This document shows, piece by piece, positions 1 through 9,111 of a stretch of DNA of 64,000 nucleotides (within the stretch, counting starts at the first letter, position 1; the number at the start of each line of letters is the position of its first letter). The stretch covers positions 1 through 64,000 of IMG/VR virus record IMGVR_UViG_3300007735_000791; one strand, written 5' to 3'. The notes below the pieces were generated by a model. That model did not search any database, was not told where the DNA came from, and saw only the letters and a list, made by a program, of their open reading frames with translations. The stretch is from a virus. A program made the translations under genes and the position numbers.

Positions 1-816
1 GTTGGTATTACAGCAGCAGGAGAAATAGATACAACAACAGGAAATTTGACAATAGATTCTGCGGGTGGAACGGTTACCGTTGATGACAATCTGACCGTTA
101 CTGGGAACTTGACTGTTTCTGGTACGACTACATCAGTCAATACAGAGACTGTCACTGTTGACGACAACATCATTGTTCTTAACAACAATGAGGCTGGAAC
201 GCCGTCACAAAACGCTGGAATTGAAATTGAACGAGGGACATCAGCCAATGTTCTTGTTCGTTGGAACGAAACATCTGACAAATGGGAAACCACTAACGAC
301 GGAACTACTTACGGCAACATAGTTACAACGGCGGACAGTGGAACTGTGACGTCAACAATGATTGCTGATGGCACAATCGTTAATGCGGACGTAAATGCAT
401 CAGCGGCAATTGCTCTTTCAAAACTTGCTTCTGGTACAAGTGCTCAAGTAATTGTTGCCGACTCAAGCGGTGTGCCGACATACAGAACACTCTCTGGAGA
501 CGTGACTGTTTCTAATACTGGTGTTGTCAGTATCGCTGCAGATAGCGTTGCTCTTGGCACAGACACAACTGGTAACTACATGGTTGATGTATCGGCTGGA
601 ACAGGTATCTCGGTAACTCACACACCAGGTGAAGGCTCCACTGCGACAATTGGACTTAACGCTGGCATTGATGCTTTAAGTGATGTAACAATTACATCTG
701 CCGCAACCAATCAACTATTGCAGTATAATGGTTCTGCTTGGGTTAATGCTACTGTTTCTCTTACTCCAACTTGGGAAGATGTAAACAACGTTTTAGCCAC
801 TGCAATTTTTAATTAA
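1..816 (+). CDS. Tail fibre protein, 5'-truncated by the window edge
   Basis: Frame is open from base 1. T/G/S/V-rich beta repeats (VDDNIIVLN, GIEIERGT, LSDVTITS..NQLLQYNGSAWVN) are typical of phage fibres. Confidence 0.8.
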   Translation, partial: VGITAAGEIDTTTGNLTIDSAGGTVTVDDNLTVTGNLTVSGTTTSVNTETVTVDDNIIVLNNNEAGTPSQNAGIEIERGTSANVLVRWNETSDKWETTNDGTTYGNIVTTADSGTVTSTMIADGTIVNADVNASAAIALSKLASGTSAQVIVADSSGVPTYRTLSGDVTVSNTGVVSIAADSVALGTDTTGNYMVDVSAGTGISVTHTPGEGSTATIGLNAGIDALSDVTITSAATNQLLQYNGSAWVNATVSLTPTWEDVNNVLATAIFN

Positions 817-824
817 CCCCGTGA

Positions 825-830
825 TATACT
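825..830 (+). promoter_or_regulatory. Putative -10 hexamer TATACT
   Basis: TATACT lies upstream of the AGGAG RBS of ORF 850; the same hexamer recurs in several intergenic gaps. Confidence 0.5.
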
Positions 831-849
831 TAACGATTAGGAGATAACA

Positions 850-1221
850 ATGGCAACTTTCACAAAATTAGCGTTACAGCCAGCAGGCACAACAGGCACA
901 GGGTTGGCAATCAAGGTTGCTGCGACTGCTACGGCTGGCACAGCGATTCATACTGCTTCTACTACTGCTACGACTATTGATGAGATTTGGTTGTATGCAG
1001 TAAACACTTCTGCTTCGTCAGTGAAATTGACGATTGAGTGGGGTGAGGCTACTGCACCTGACGGCAATATCGAATTAACTGTTACCGCTGAATCAGGTTT
1101 GGTTTTGGTTATCCCAGGTTTGGTGTTGCAAGGTAATGCTTCGGCAAAGGTTGTTCGGGCGTTTGCTGCGACTGCGAATGTTATTTGTTTGCACGGGTAT
1201 GTGAACCGAATCACGGTTTAA
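850..1221 (+). CDS. Small tail fibre-associated structural protein
   Basis: AGGAG RBS; beta-rich 123 aa; lies between fibre genes. Confidence 0.6.
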   Translation: MATFTKLALQPAGTTGTGLAIKVAATATAGTAIHTASTTATTIDEIWLYAVNTSASSVKLTIEWGEATAPDGNIELTVTAESGLVLVIPGLVLQGNASAKVVRAFAATANVICLHGYVNRITV

Positions 1222-1230
1222 GGTTTAGCG

Positions 1231-2079
1231 ATGTCACGCTTCGGTAGTCGCACACGGGTTTCAACTTACACTTCGGCTTGGATGCCGACAGGTGACGAGA
1301 CGCCACAAAATCCACCTTCTATTGAAATGCTTTTGGTTGGTGGCGGTGGCGCTGGTGGTACGGGTAACAGCATTTATTATCCTTCAAATCCATCACAATC
1401 AGGCGGTGGAGGTGGTGCGGGCGGAGTGTATTCTTCAGTCGCTTCAAACCCAGGTGGCGGTCCAGGCGGTACTGTAGCCTCAGCGACCAGTATTGCTTCT
1501 GGGGTTACATACACAATTACTATTGGCGGTTCGGGAACTCCATCAACTTTTGCTGCACCAACAATTTCAACAATTACGGCAAATGGCGGTGGACAAGGTG
1601 CTTACGGAGGAGGACCTGGAGGTGCTGCTGGTGCATATACAGGAAACTCATCTACTTACAGCGCTGGCGGTACTGGACCTAGTTCTCCTGAATCATCTCA
1701 AGGTGGTGGCGGTGCAGGGGCAGGAGGAAGTGGCTCAATCGGTGCACAGTATCCAACCAATTATGGTCAAGGTGGTGCTGCAAAAACAAATACGATTAGA
1801 GCCGCATCTCCAACTTTTCCGCAGTCTTATGGCGGTGGTGGTGGCGGTGGTGAAGTTCCTGGGCGAATTCCAGGCAGTTCACCAGGTGGCGGTACTTATG
1901 GCACGGGTGCTGTTGGTTCAGTATCAAGTAGTCCAGTTGCGGGTCAGCCAGGTGTTTGTGTATTTAGATATCCTGATACATTTCCTACAGCCCCGACAAC
2001 AACTGGTAGCCCAACATTGACCACAACAGGCGGTTATCATATTTACACTTTCACGGCATCAGGAACAATCGCATGGTAA
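1231..2079 (+). CDS. Glycine-rich tail fibre / receptor-binding tip protein
   Basis: LLVGGGGAGG, repeated GGGGAG, and C-terminal GVCVFRYP...GGYHIYTFTASGTI. Confidence 0.7.
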   Translation: MSRFGSRTRVSTYTSAWMPTGDETPQNPPSIEMLLVGGGGAGGTGNSIYYPSNPSQSGGGGGAGGVYSSVASNPGGGPGGTVASATSIASGVTYTITIGGSGTPSTFAAPTISTITANGGGQGAYGGGPGGAAGAYTGNSSTYSAGGTGPSSPESSQGGGGAGAGGSGSIGAQYPTNYGQGGAAKTNTIRAASPTFPQSYGGGGGGGEVPGRIPGSSPGGGTYGTGAVGSVSSSPVAGQPGVCVFRYPDTFPTAPTTTGSPTLTTTGGYHIYTFTASGTIAW

Positions 2080-2471
2080 CAATTCGTCATTTTGCTGAAT
2101 TAGAAAACAACATTGTGGTAGCAGTTATTGCTATTGCGGAAAATGATTGTCTTGATAGTAATGGTAATTTTCAAGAAGTTATTGGCGAAAACATTTGCCG
2201 AAGATTGCGACAATCTTCACTTAAATGGATTGAATGTTCAACCGATGGGTCAATTCGCAAAAATGCTGCTGTTGTAGGAATGGTTTATGACGAAATCAAA
2301 AACGGTTTTTATAATCCAAATAAACCTTTCCCATCTTGGGTCTTGGACGAAACTCTTAACTGGACAGCGCCTGTTGCAAAACCAGAAAATGTTGAAGGTT
2401 TTTATTTTGATTGGGATGAAACAAGTTTATCTTGGGTTAAGATAGCAGAAACACCAACAACAAATCCTTAA
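2073..2471 (+). CDS. Tail fibre-associated protein (assembly chaperone-like)
   Basis: HFAELENNIV...PFPSWVLDE..W.APV.KP...WDE; overlaps the end of the Gly-rich fibre gene. Confidence 0.6.
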   Translation: MVTIRHFAELENNIVVAVIAIAENDCLDSNGNFQEVIGENICRRLRQSSLKWIECSTDGSIRKNAAVVGMVYDEIKNGFYNPNKPFPSWVLDETLNWTAPVAKPENVEGFYFDWDETSLSWVKIAETPTTNP

Positions 2472-2498
2472 ATTAAAAAATTATGATGGCAATTTTTA

Positions 2499-2990
2499 AT
2501 GACATTTTTGACAAAAAATAATATAAAAATTTTTGATGATATTTTTACAAATTCTGAAAGAAATAAAATATTAAAACAGTTTAAGCCGTTATTAACTAAA
2601 ATTCAAGATTTTCCTGGATTGCAAACATATGCAAATTTACATCTTGTTTGCAAAGAAAATGATTTTTATCTTGACCCTTTTATAAAAATAAAACAAAGAA
2701 CAAAAATAAAAAATTCTATTTTCAAATCATGGATAAATTACACCGATAGTGAATTGAAATATATTTCTTGGCACGACCACATGTCCTCCCCTTTTAATAT
2801 GACATGTGTTTATATGTTGGAAAACCCTGAAAAAATAGGGACTTGGTTTTTGGTTAATGAGAAAATATACAAACTTAAATGTCTTACTAATTCGTTAATA
2901 TTATTCCCAACTAACTTGATTCACAGCGTTCCTGGAAATATTAAAAAACCAAGGTACACTTTGGCAATGGAATTTATGGAGAGCAAATAG
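2499..2990 (+). CDS. 2OG-Fe(II) oxygenase superfamily protein
   Basis: WHDH...LILFPTNLIHSV...RYTLA fits the iron-binding His motif, distal His and 2OG Arg. Confidence 0.75.
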   Translation: MTFLTKNNIKIFDDIFTNSERNKILKQFKPLLTKIQDFPGLQTYANLHLVCKENDFYLDPFIKIKQRTKIKNSIFKSWINYTDSELKYISWHDHMSSPFNMTCVYMLENPEKIGTWFLVNEKIYKLKCLTNSLILFPTNLIHSVPGNIKKPRYTLAMEFMESK

Positions 2991-3604
2991 TGACTTTTCA
3001 CAGAAATCCAATTCGTGCATTAACAGCGATGCCTTCATCAGTAATTACACGCAACATTTTTACCGTAGATGAATGTAATAAAATTGTTGAAGATGTTAAA
3101 AGTTTGGTTAAACCAACACAGGGTACATTAAGTGGTGAGTTAAAAGATAAAAAAAGAAGAAATAGTACAGTTAGATGGTTTTCTTCTACGCCTGAATTTA
3201 AATGGATTTTTGACAAAATTGATTATGTATTTAATCAAGTAAACAATGAATGGTTTAATTTTAATCTAATTGGATATAGTCAAATTCAATTTACGGAATA
3301 TGACTCAACCGAAAGCCAACATTACGCTTGGCACACCGACATGGTGTGGGCAGAAGAAAATATGCAGTTTGCGCCTGATTCTACCTTGCGAAAGTTATCT
3401 TGTTCTATTGTGTTAAATCAACAAGAAGTGAATTTTGAAGGTGGAGATTTTGAGTTGGATAATATTCTTAGACCAACAGTTCCAGAATTAGATAAAGGTG
3501 ATGGTATTTTTTTTCCATCGTTTGTGTGGCATCAAGTTAAACCAGTAACAAAAGGAACACGATATTCATTAGTTGTTTGGATGATAGGACCACCGTTTCA
3601 ATGA
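2990..3604 (+). CDS. 2OG-Fe(II) oxygenase (prolyl-4-hydroxylase/PKHD-like)
   Basis: WHTD, RKLSCS, FEGGDF, FFPSFVWHQVKPVTKGTRYSLVVW. Confidence 0.9.
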   Translation: MTFHRNPIRALTAMPSSVITRNIFTVDECNKIVEDVKSLVKPTQGTLSGELKDKKRRNSTVRWFSSTPEFKWIFDKIDYVFNQVNNEWFNFNLIGYSQIQFTEYDSTESQHYAWHTDMVWAEENMQFAPDSTLRKLSCSIVLNQQEVNFEGGDFELDNILRPTVPELDKGDGIFFPSFVWHQVKPVTKGTRYSLVVWMIGPPFQ

Positions 3605-4185
3605 AAAAAGAAAATGATTTTCAAACAAAAAAATACCAAGTTGTTGAAAATATAATATCAAAAGATGTGGCAAAATTAACAACTCAAGCACTTTTGTTTA
3701 GCGAAGCCGACTATAAAACAAAAAATAAAATAATTGACTCTGACCCACAGGTTCCAGGAATGCAAATGTTTTATTCACATTCCGTTACTGAATCTTTAAT
3801 GGTTTTATTGTTGCCAAAAATGGAAAAAATTGTTGGCGACAAATTAACTCCAACTTATTCTTATGCCCGTGTTTATAGAAATGGCTCGGTTTTGAAAGAA
3901 CATATTGACAGACCTTCGTGCGAGGTTTCAATAAGTATTCAATTAGCCGCAGTTGGTGTTAAAAACAAAAACGGTTGGGGGATTACAATGGGGGAAGAAA
4001 CATTGTATTTATCAGATTGTGATGCTGTTATATATAATGGAATTAAAGTTTTACATAAAAGAGATGAATTATTTTGCGAACCAAACGGGTTTCAGGTACA
4101 AGTATTTTGTCATTATGTAAAAACAAATGGTAGATTTTCTCGTTTTGCTTACGATAAACGAATGGGTCCAGGAATAACCCGTTAG
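3601..4185 (+). CDS. 2OG-Fe(II) oxygenase superfamily protein
   Basis: PTYSYARVY..G.VLKEHIDRPSCEVS...HKR...QVFCHYV; ATGA overlap supports start 3601. Confidence 0.85.
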   Translation: MKKENDFQTKKYQVVENIISKDVAKLTTQALLFSEADYKTKNKIIDSDPQVPGMQMFYSHSVTESLMVLLLPKMEKIVGDKLTPTYSYARVYRNGSVLKEHIDRPSCEVSISIQLAAVGVKNKNGWGITMGEETLYLSDCDAVIYNGIKVLHKRDELFCEPNGFQVQVFCHYVKTNGRFSRFAYDKRMGPGITR

Positions 4186-4187
4186 AT

Positions 4188-4262
4188 GTGGGAACTCGTC
4201 TAACACGCTGGCTAATACCGTTACCAGCAATACTGTTCGCAGTATTTCCAAACCAAAAATGA
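4188..4262 (+). pseudogene. Possible 24-aa gene remnant resembling a signal peptide (MGTRLTRWLIPLPAILFAVFPNQK)
   Basis: GTG start, basic n-region, hydrophobic h-region, then an early TGA; overlaps a UUCG hairpin. Confidence 0.3.
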
Positions 4263-4274
4263 GATAATAGTTAA

Positions 4275-4877
4275 ATGGCTGACCCAGGTAAATACAACCC
4301 TAGAAAACGTGGAATGCCTAAAGATAGGCCATCTATTGCCGAACGTTTGGCTGAGTTTAATCGTCAGGCTGATGAACTAGCCCAAAAAAAAGAACGTGAA
4401 GTACAAACGTTAAGAATTACTGGTGGTGCCAAAGTTGATGAACGCGGAAACATTCTTGTTGAAGATGACAAACCAGTTCAAGAAATAGACACTGCTTTAT
4501 TTAGCACGGTACGTGTTGCTCAAATTGCAAACAAACCAGACAACCCAGATAATTATGGTCAAGGTCCTGCAGGCAGTACACGCATGTGTTCTCACAAATT
4601 TATTCTTGACCAACCCATGTTTAGTTTGTACGGAATGAAAATGGGTTATATTTTAGTCAGATTTCATAAAAATGGAAAACGAGGTCCAGATTGGGTTTAC
4701 GGACCAGTTTCTGTTGATGTGTATCAAGCGTTTGCTGCAAGCAATTCAAAAGGAAAGTTTATAAACACTACTTTAAATGGTTACGGTTACAGGCCAGCAA
4801 GTGAAACCCCATATGCTGACCAATTCAATGATTTTGCACCAAACAGTGGAACGGACAGCGCTGGCATTAGACTGTAA
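4275..4877 (+). CDS. Protein with C-terminal KTSC-like domain and charged N-terminus
   Basis: LVRF...WVYGPVSVDVYQAFAASNSKGKFIN matches the KTSC pattern. Confidence 0.6.
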   Translation: MADPGKYNPRKRGMPKDRPSIAERLAEFNRQADELAQKKEREVQTLRITGGAKVDERGNILVEDDKPVQEIDTALFSTVRVAQIANKPDNPDNYGQGPAGSTRMCSHKFILDQPMFSLYGMKMGYILVRFHKNGKRGPDWVYGPVSVDVYQAFAASNSKGKFINTTLNGYGYRPASETPYADQFNDFAPNSGTDSAGIRL

Positions 4878-4880
4878 TCT

Positions 4881-5291
4881 ATGAAAAGATTACTTGGATA
4901 TACGGCAATATGGCTTTTTATAGTCTCATTGCTTTATAGCGTATACGCTATATTTACTAAACAAGATTTACTGATTATTTCTTTACCCCTTGTTTTGTTT
5001 TTGGGTGTTTACTTGTTTAAAGGAACCCTTAACCTTGTGTTAGGACTTGGTTTTATTTATTGGGTTTTACGGGACACACACAGGGGTTTTTCTGTATCTC
5101 GTGGATTTATGAGAGAGACAAACCACCCTTGGAGAACTGGACGTGGTATCCAAATAGGTTTGGGTAAGTACGTATTTCAAATAGGTTTATGCAAACGCAA
5201 TGATGCAATTAGTGAAATGAATGGTTTATTAAACGCACTAAAAGGTAGAGAACTGCACTACAAACCAAAGGAGATTAGGGAATGGCGTTAA
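4881..5291 (+). CDS. Membrane protein
   Basis: Two or three hydrophobic segments in the N-terminal half. Confidence 0.6.
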   Translation: MKRLLGYTAIWLFIVSLLYSVYAIFTKQDLLIISLPLVLFLGVYLFKGTLNLVLGLGFIYWVLRDTHRGFSVSRGFMRETNHPWRTGRGIQIGLGKYVFQIGLCKRNDAISEMNGLLNALKGRELHYKPKEIREWR

Positions 5292-5506
5292 ATCTTTGGA
5301 AAAAAGTAACCAGTCAAAAGTTGCCATCTACTCGTATTACGAGAATGGACTTGCCTTCTTTATTAAACTGGTATGAAACTACGTTAATGGACTTAGGCGC
5401 AACTTTTGATAAATACCGTTATCACGGGGCTGATTACGCTACAGTTGACGAGTTGTTTGAAATTTTAACAAACATCCACACGGAAATAGGTCAGCGTGGA
5501 AAATGA
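5282..5506 (+). CDS. Hypothetical protein upstream of the terminase
   Basis: AAGGAG RBS; overlaps both neighbours. Confidence 0.6.
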   Translation: MALNLWKKVTSQKLPSTRITRMDLPSLLNWYETTLMDLGATFDKYRYHGADYATVDELFEILTNIHTEIGQRGK

Positions 5507-7061
5507 AATTGAGGACCTTTCAAGCGTTCTTGATATTGAGGAATTAGCGCCAGAATTAGATGAAGCCTCAACTGAATTTGTTGACCATCTTGTTAAAAAA
5601 CTACTTATCTTTACAGAAGAGTTTTGTGACATTGAGTTTTTTCCATATCAAGTTCCAATTGCCTATCGTTTAATTGAATCCATTGTTTTAGGTGACGGTG
5701 ACGAAGTGACCGTTATTGGTTGTCGCCAGTCTGGAAAATCAGAGGTCTTGTCTGGAGTAATGGCATCAATGATGGTTATTTTGCCAAAATTGGCTCCCGT
5801 ATATCCAACATGGTTAGAAAAGTTTGAAAAAGGTTTTTGGTGTGGTGTGTTTGCTCCAACAGAAGACCAAGCGGATACTGTCTTTAGTCGTATTGTCACC
5901 AAGTTGACCAATGAACATGCTCTTGACTTTTTACTTGACCCAGAGATTGACGATAAAGCGGCTTCAGGTGGTGCGCGTGGAAAAGGAAAAATAATTACGT
6001 TAAAGAACGCTGGCTCTATTTGCCGTATGCAAACTTGTAACCCCAAAGCCAAAATTGAATCTAAAACTTATCATTTTATTCTAATTGACGAGTGTCAAGA
6101 AGCCGATGAATACATGATTACTAAATCAATAAAGCCGATGCTCGCGTTTAATAACGGCACTATTTGTCTAACTGGAACTGCCTCAAGAACTAAATCTTAT
6201 TTTTATAAAATGATTCAATTTAACAAAAGGCGTGGTGTCAATGGAGGTCGTCGTCACAGACAAGCCCATTTTGAATACGACCACCGTTCGGCATCTAAAT
6301 ACAACCCTAACTATGGGAAGTTTATTTCTAAAGAAAAAGTAAGAATTGGAGAAGACTCCGACGAATTTCAAATGTCGTATTGCAACAAATGGATTCTTGA
6401 AAAGGGTATGTTTGTGTCTGAAGAGCGCATGGAACGTCTGTTTGACCAAAGCATGCCGTTAGTAAAAGAATGGTGGAGAACTCCAGTAGTTGCAGGAATT
6501 GACGTTGCCCGTTCTAATGACTCTACGGTAGTCACTGTTGTTTGGGTGGATTGGGACCATCCAGACGCTTTTGGTTTTTATGAACATAGAATTTTGAATT
6601 GGCTTGAGATAAACAATCAAGAATGGGAACAACAATATTTTGAAATTGTTGATTTTTTACGACATTATTCTGTAATCCGTGTTGGTGTAGACTCACAAGG
6701 AGTTGGTGGAGCAGTTGCTGAACGTTTACAATTGTTATTGTCCGACATAGAAGTTATAGCAATGTCATCTGATTCTAAAGCACAGCACGAACGTTGGGTG
6801 CACTTAACCGAATTAATTCAAAGAGACCAGTTGGTAATTCCTGCTCACTCTAAAGCGCGTCGCACCAGGTCATGGAAACGCTTTAATCAACAAATGTCAG
6901 ATTTGGAAAAAGTGTACAAAGGTCCATATTTGCTTGCCGCAGCACCAGACGAAAAAGGTGCTTTTGACGACTATCCAGACTCCCTTGCCCTTGCCTGTGC
7001 AATGACAGTACATGACACAATGCCAGAGGTACAAGTAGGCATGTCACCGTTTTTTCGGTAA
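5496..7061 (+). CDS. terL: Terminase large subunit
   Basis: Walker A RQSGKS, Walker B FILIDE, coupling motif GTA, nuclease GIDVAR and DDYPDS. Confidence 0.93.
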   Translation: MENEIEDLSSVLDIEELAPELDEASTEFVDHLVKKLLIFTEEFCDIEFFPYQVPIAYRLIESIVLGDGDEVTVIGCRQSGKSEVLSGVMASMMVILPKLAPVYPTWLEKFEKGFWCGVFAPTEDQADTVFSRIVTKLTNEHALDFLLDPEIDDKAASGGARGKGKIITLKNAGSICRMQTCNPKAKIESKTYHFILIDECQEADEYMITKSIKPMLAFNNGTICLTGTASRTKSYFYKMIQFNKRRGVNGGRRHRQAHFEYDHRSASKYNPNYGKFISKEKVRIGEDSDEFQMSYCNKWILEKGMFVSEERMERLFDQSMPLVKEWWRTPVVAGIDVARSNDSTVVTVVWVDWDHPDAFGFYEHRILNWLEINNQEWEQQYFEIVDFLRHYSVIRVGVDSQGVGGAVAERLQLLLSDIEVIAMSSDSKAQHERWVHLTELIQRDQLVIPAHSKARRTRSWKRFNQQMSDLEKVYKGPYLLAAAPDEKGAFDDYPDSLALACAMTVHDTMPEVQVGMSPFFR

Positions 7062-7120
7062 TAACCATTAAAAAATGGTAGAGTATATGATAGCAATATC
7101 CACTTTTGGAGGATTATAAA

Positions 7121-7549
7121 ATGCAAGACCCAACAATGAACATGTCAGTTGCTCCTGGTAACCCGTATCAAGAAACTGGTCGCGGTGAAATTGGATACGA
7201 AAGGACAATGGCTCCAAGCATCCCTGGAAACAAGGGTCCGCTTCGCTTTGAAGAAGGCGTTGCCACAGACACAGACGTTCCAAACGACTTTTCAATTGGT
7301 GCATACTTTGACACTGCGCCATCACCAATGCGTCAAAACCACAACAACCCAGAGATGTTCTACAAGCATGCTGAAGACACCATGAAAGAGCGTGCACACG
7401 TAGGCTCGGCTTCGTGGGTTGAAGCACCAGCGTTGCTTAGCGATTTCGTAACTGGCGCTATGGCTGGAGACGGAATGCCGACATTTGAAATGGAGTACAA
7501 TTCGGGCGGTTACATGAAGCGTCCGAACCCAACAGTTGTATCAGATTAA
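7121..7549 (+). CDS. Hypothetical protein, possibly virion-associated
   Basis: GGAGG RBS before ATG 7121. Confidence 0.6.
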   Translation: MQDPTMNMSVAPGNPYQETGRGEIGYERTMAPSIPGNKGPLRFEEGVATDTDVPNDFSIGAYFDTAPSPMRQNHNNPEMFYKHAEDTMKERAHVGSASWVEAPALLSDFVTGAMAGDGMPTFEMEYNSGGYMKRPNPTVVSD

Positions 7550-7575
7550 GTAAAACTTAATATTAGGTACTAATT

Positions 7576-8145
7576 GTGGCTCGTGAAGGTAGTGCGCCAA
7601 GCGGGAGAAGCAGAGACCCTAGAAGGGTAATCATTCCGCTAACTACCTCTCTTTCAGGTATCCCAATTGCAGGGTCATATCAAGGAGGAGGACTATACGA
7701 TTTTTCAGCAATGAAAAAAGCCAGATGGTCTGAGTTCTATGGAAGTCAGCATTCGCAAAAAAACCTTGGATACGACTATAACTTTAAAAATCGTTTTGTA
7801 TCTAGCGATTCTGGACGTCGTATTGGCTTCATTGGAAACGTAGGCGGTTATCAAACAGCCCGTCGTGAGTCAAGTAGTGCCAAAGTTATTCAAGACCCAA
7901 CTGACGCCTTTAAATCACACAAACCTTTTACTAAAATTAAAGGTGCTGGAGTAAGCCCAAGAATTCGTTTTATAGACACTGCTCGTATGAGAAGTAGGGC
8001 AATAAATTTATACAACAAAGCCAATCCAGCAAATATTAATGACCTAGATATTAAACGACGTATGGACTACGAGGAAACAAAGAAACTTCGTGGAGATATG
8101 TTTGGTCCAAAAGACCGAGGAACTTCCTTTGGAAGGCTGCGATGA
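7576..8145 (+). CDS. Basic hypothetical protein
   Basis: R/K-rich; N-terminal RSRDPRR. Confidence 0.6.
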   Translation: MAREGSAPSGRSRDPRRVIIPLTTSLSGIPIAGSYQGGGLYDFSAMKKARWSEFYGSQHSQKNLGYDYNFKNRFVSSDSGRRIGFIGNVGGYQTARRESSSAKVIQDPTDAFKSHKPFTKIKGAGVSPRIRFIDTARMRSRAINLYNKANPANINDLDIKRRMDYEETKKLRGDMFGPKDRGTSFGRLR

Positions 8146-8363
8146 GTTCGGAACTTTGGACGGCTGTTGTTGTTACCGCAATACCTGTTGTTGGCGGAGG
8201 TGTTGGGTACTTAATAAAGTATTTAATTGAATTTAGAAATGAAAATAGAATAGACCATAATCTTGTAATGGAAGCAATTAGTGATTTAAAAACAGATGTT
8301 CGTGAAGTTAAAAGTGGTTTGTACGACCACATTTCATGGCATGCAAAGAGAGTTAAAAAATGA
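8142..8363 (+). CDS. Single-TM membrane protein (lysis cassette)
   Basis: N-terminal TM followed by a coiled segment. Confidence 0.6.
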   Translation: MSSELWTAVVVTAIPVVGGGVGYLIKYLIEFRNENRIDHNLVMEAISDLKTDVREVKSGLYDHISWHAKRVKK

Positions 8364-8623
8364 AAATACCACCGTTACTGCAAAATATCCTTCTTCGTAT
8401 GTTGGCTACTTTTGCTGCCTCTGGTTTAGGCGTAATTGGCGCAGGAACAATCGCTGGTGTCCCTATTTGGAAATCTGTCTTTATGGCAGGAATTGCTGGT
8501 GTAGCAACAGTAATTGAAGGTTTGTCACGTGCTTTTCTAGATGACGGTAAATTGACTAAAGAAGAAATTAATACGGTCTTTTCAAAAGTAGATAAGAAAG
8601 CACCTGCTAAAGAAAAAGTTTAA
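8360..8623 (+). CDS. Holin-like protein
   Basis: Two TMs and a charged C-terminus; near the endolysin. Confidence 0.65.
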   Translation: MKIPPLLQNILLRMLATFAASGLGVIGAGTIAGVPIWKSVFMAGIAGVATVIEGLSRAFLDDGKLTKEEINTVFSKVDKKAPAKEKV

Positions 8624-8635
8624 ATTAAAACTTAT

Positions 8636-8824
8636 ATGAAACGTCTATTTTTGGTTGTTGCTTTAACATTAGTTGGTTGCGGATATGACGGTGGCTACCG
8701 TTACGAATGCCAAGACCCAAACAACTGGAATAACGAAGAGTGTAAACCACCTATTTGCGAAGCAGCAGGTGCTTGCACGAAAGATTTAATTGGCTTTGAC
8801 CCTAATGAATTTAAAACCCCATAA
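8636..8824 (+). CDS. Small Cys-rich lipoprotein
   Basis: MKR + hydrophobic stretch + LVGC lipobox; four further Cys. Confidence 0.7.
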   Translation: MKRLFLVVALTLVGCGYDGGYRYECQDPNNWNNEECKPPICEAAGACTKDLIGFDPNEFKTP

Positions 8825-8832
8825 GGAGAAAT

Positions 8833-9111
8833 ATGAATAAATCTAGATATACACCAGAAGAACTGGACGCAAGGTTAAAGTTTGTTGTTGGTTGCATTTT
8901 AGGGCTTGTACTTACTATTACTACTATTGGCGTTTTGTATGCTTTAGTGTTTGTAACCCAACCTATTGGCGCTCAAGCAGAAAATGATAAAATGTTCTTT
9001 GGCGTTCTTTCTAGTGTGGCTACCTTTATTACGGGTACTCTTGCTGGATTAATGATTTCAACAGGGCGCAATAAAGAACAAACTACCGATGAGGAGACAA
9101 ACAATGTCTAA
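8833..9111 (+). CDS. Two-TM membrane protein (holin-like)
   Basis: AAGGAG RBS; two hydrophobic helices; directly precedes the endolysin. Confidence 0.65.
   Translation: MNKSRYTPEELDARLKFVVGCILGLVLTITTIGVLYALVFVTQPIGAQAENDKMFFGVLSSVATFITGTLAGLMISTGRNKEQTTDEETNNV

Noticed and set aside
5282-5506. Terminase small subunit
   Set aside because: Position fits, but it is only 74 aa with no recognisable motif; left as hypothetical.
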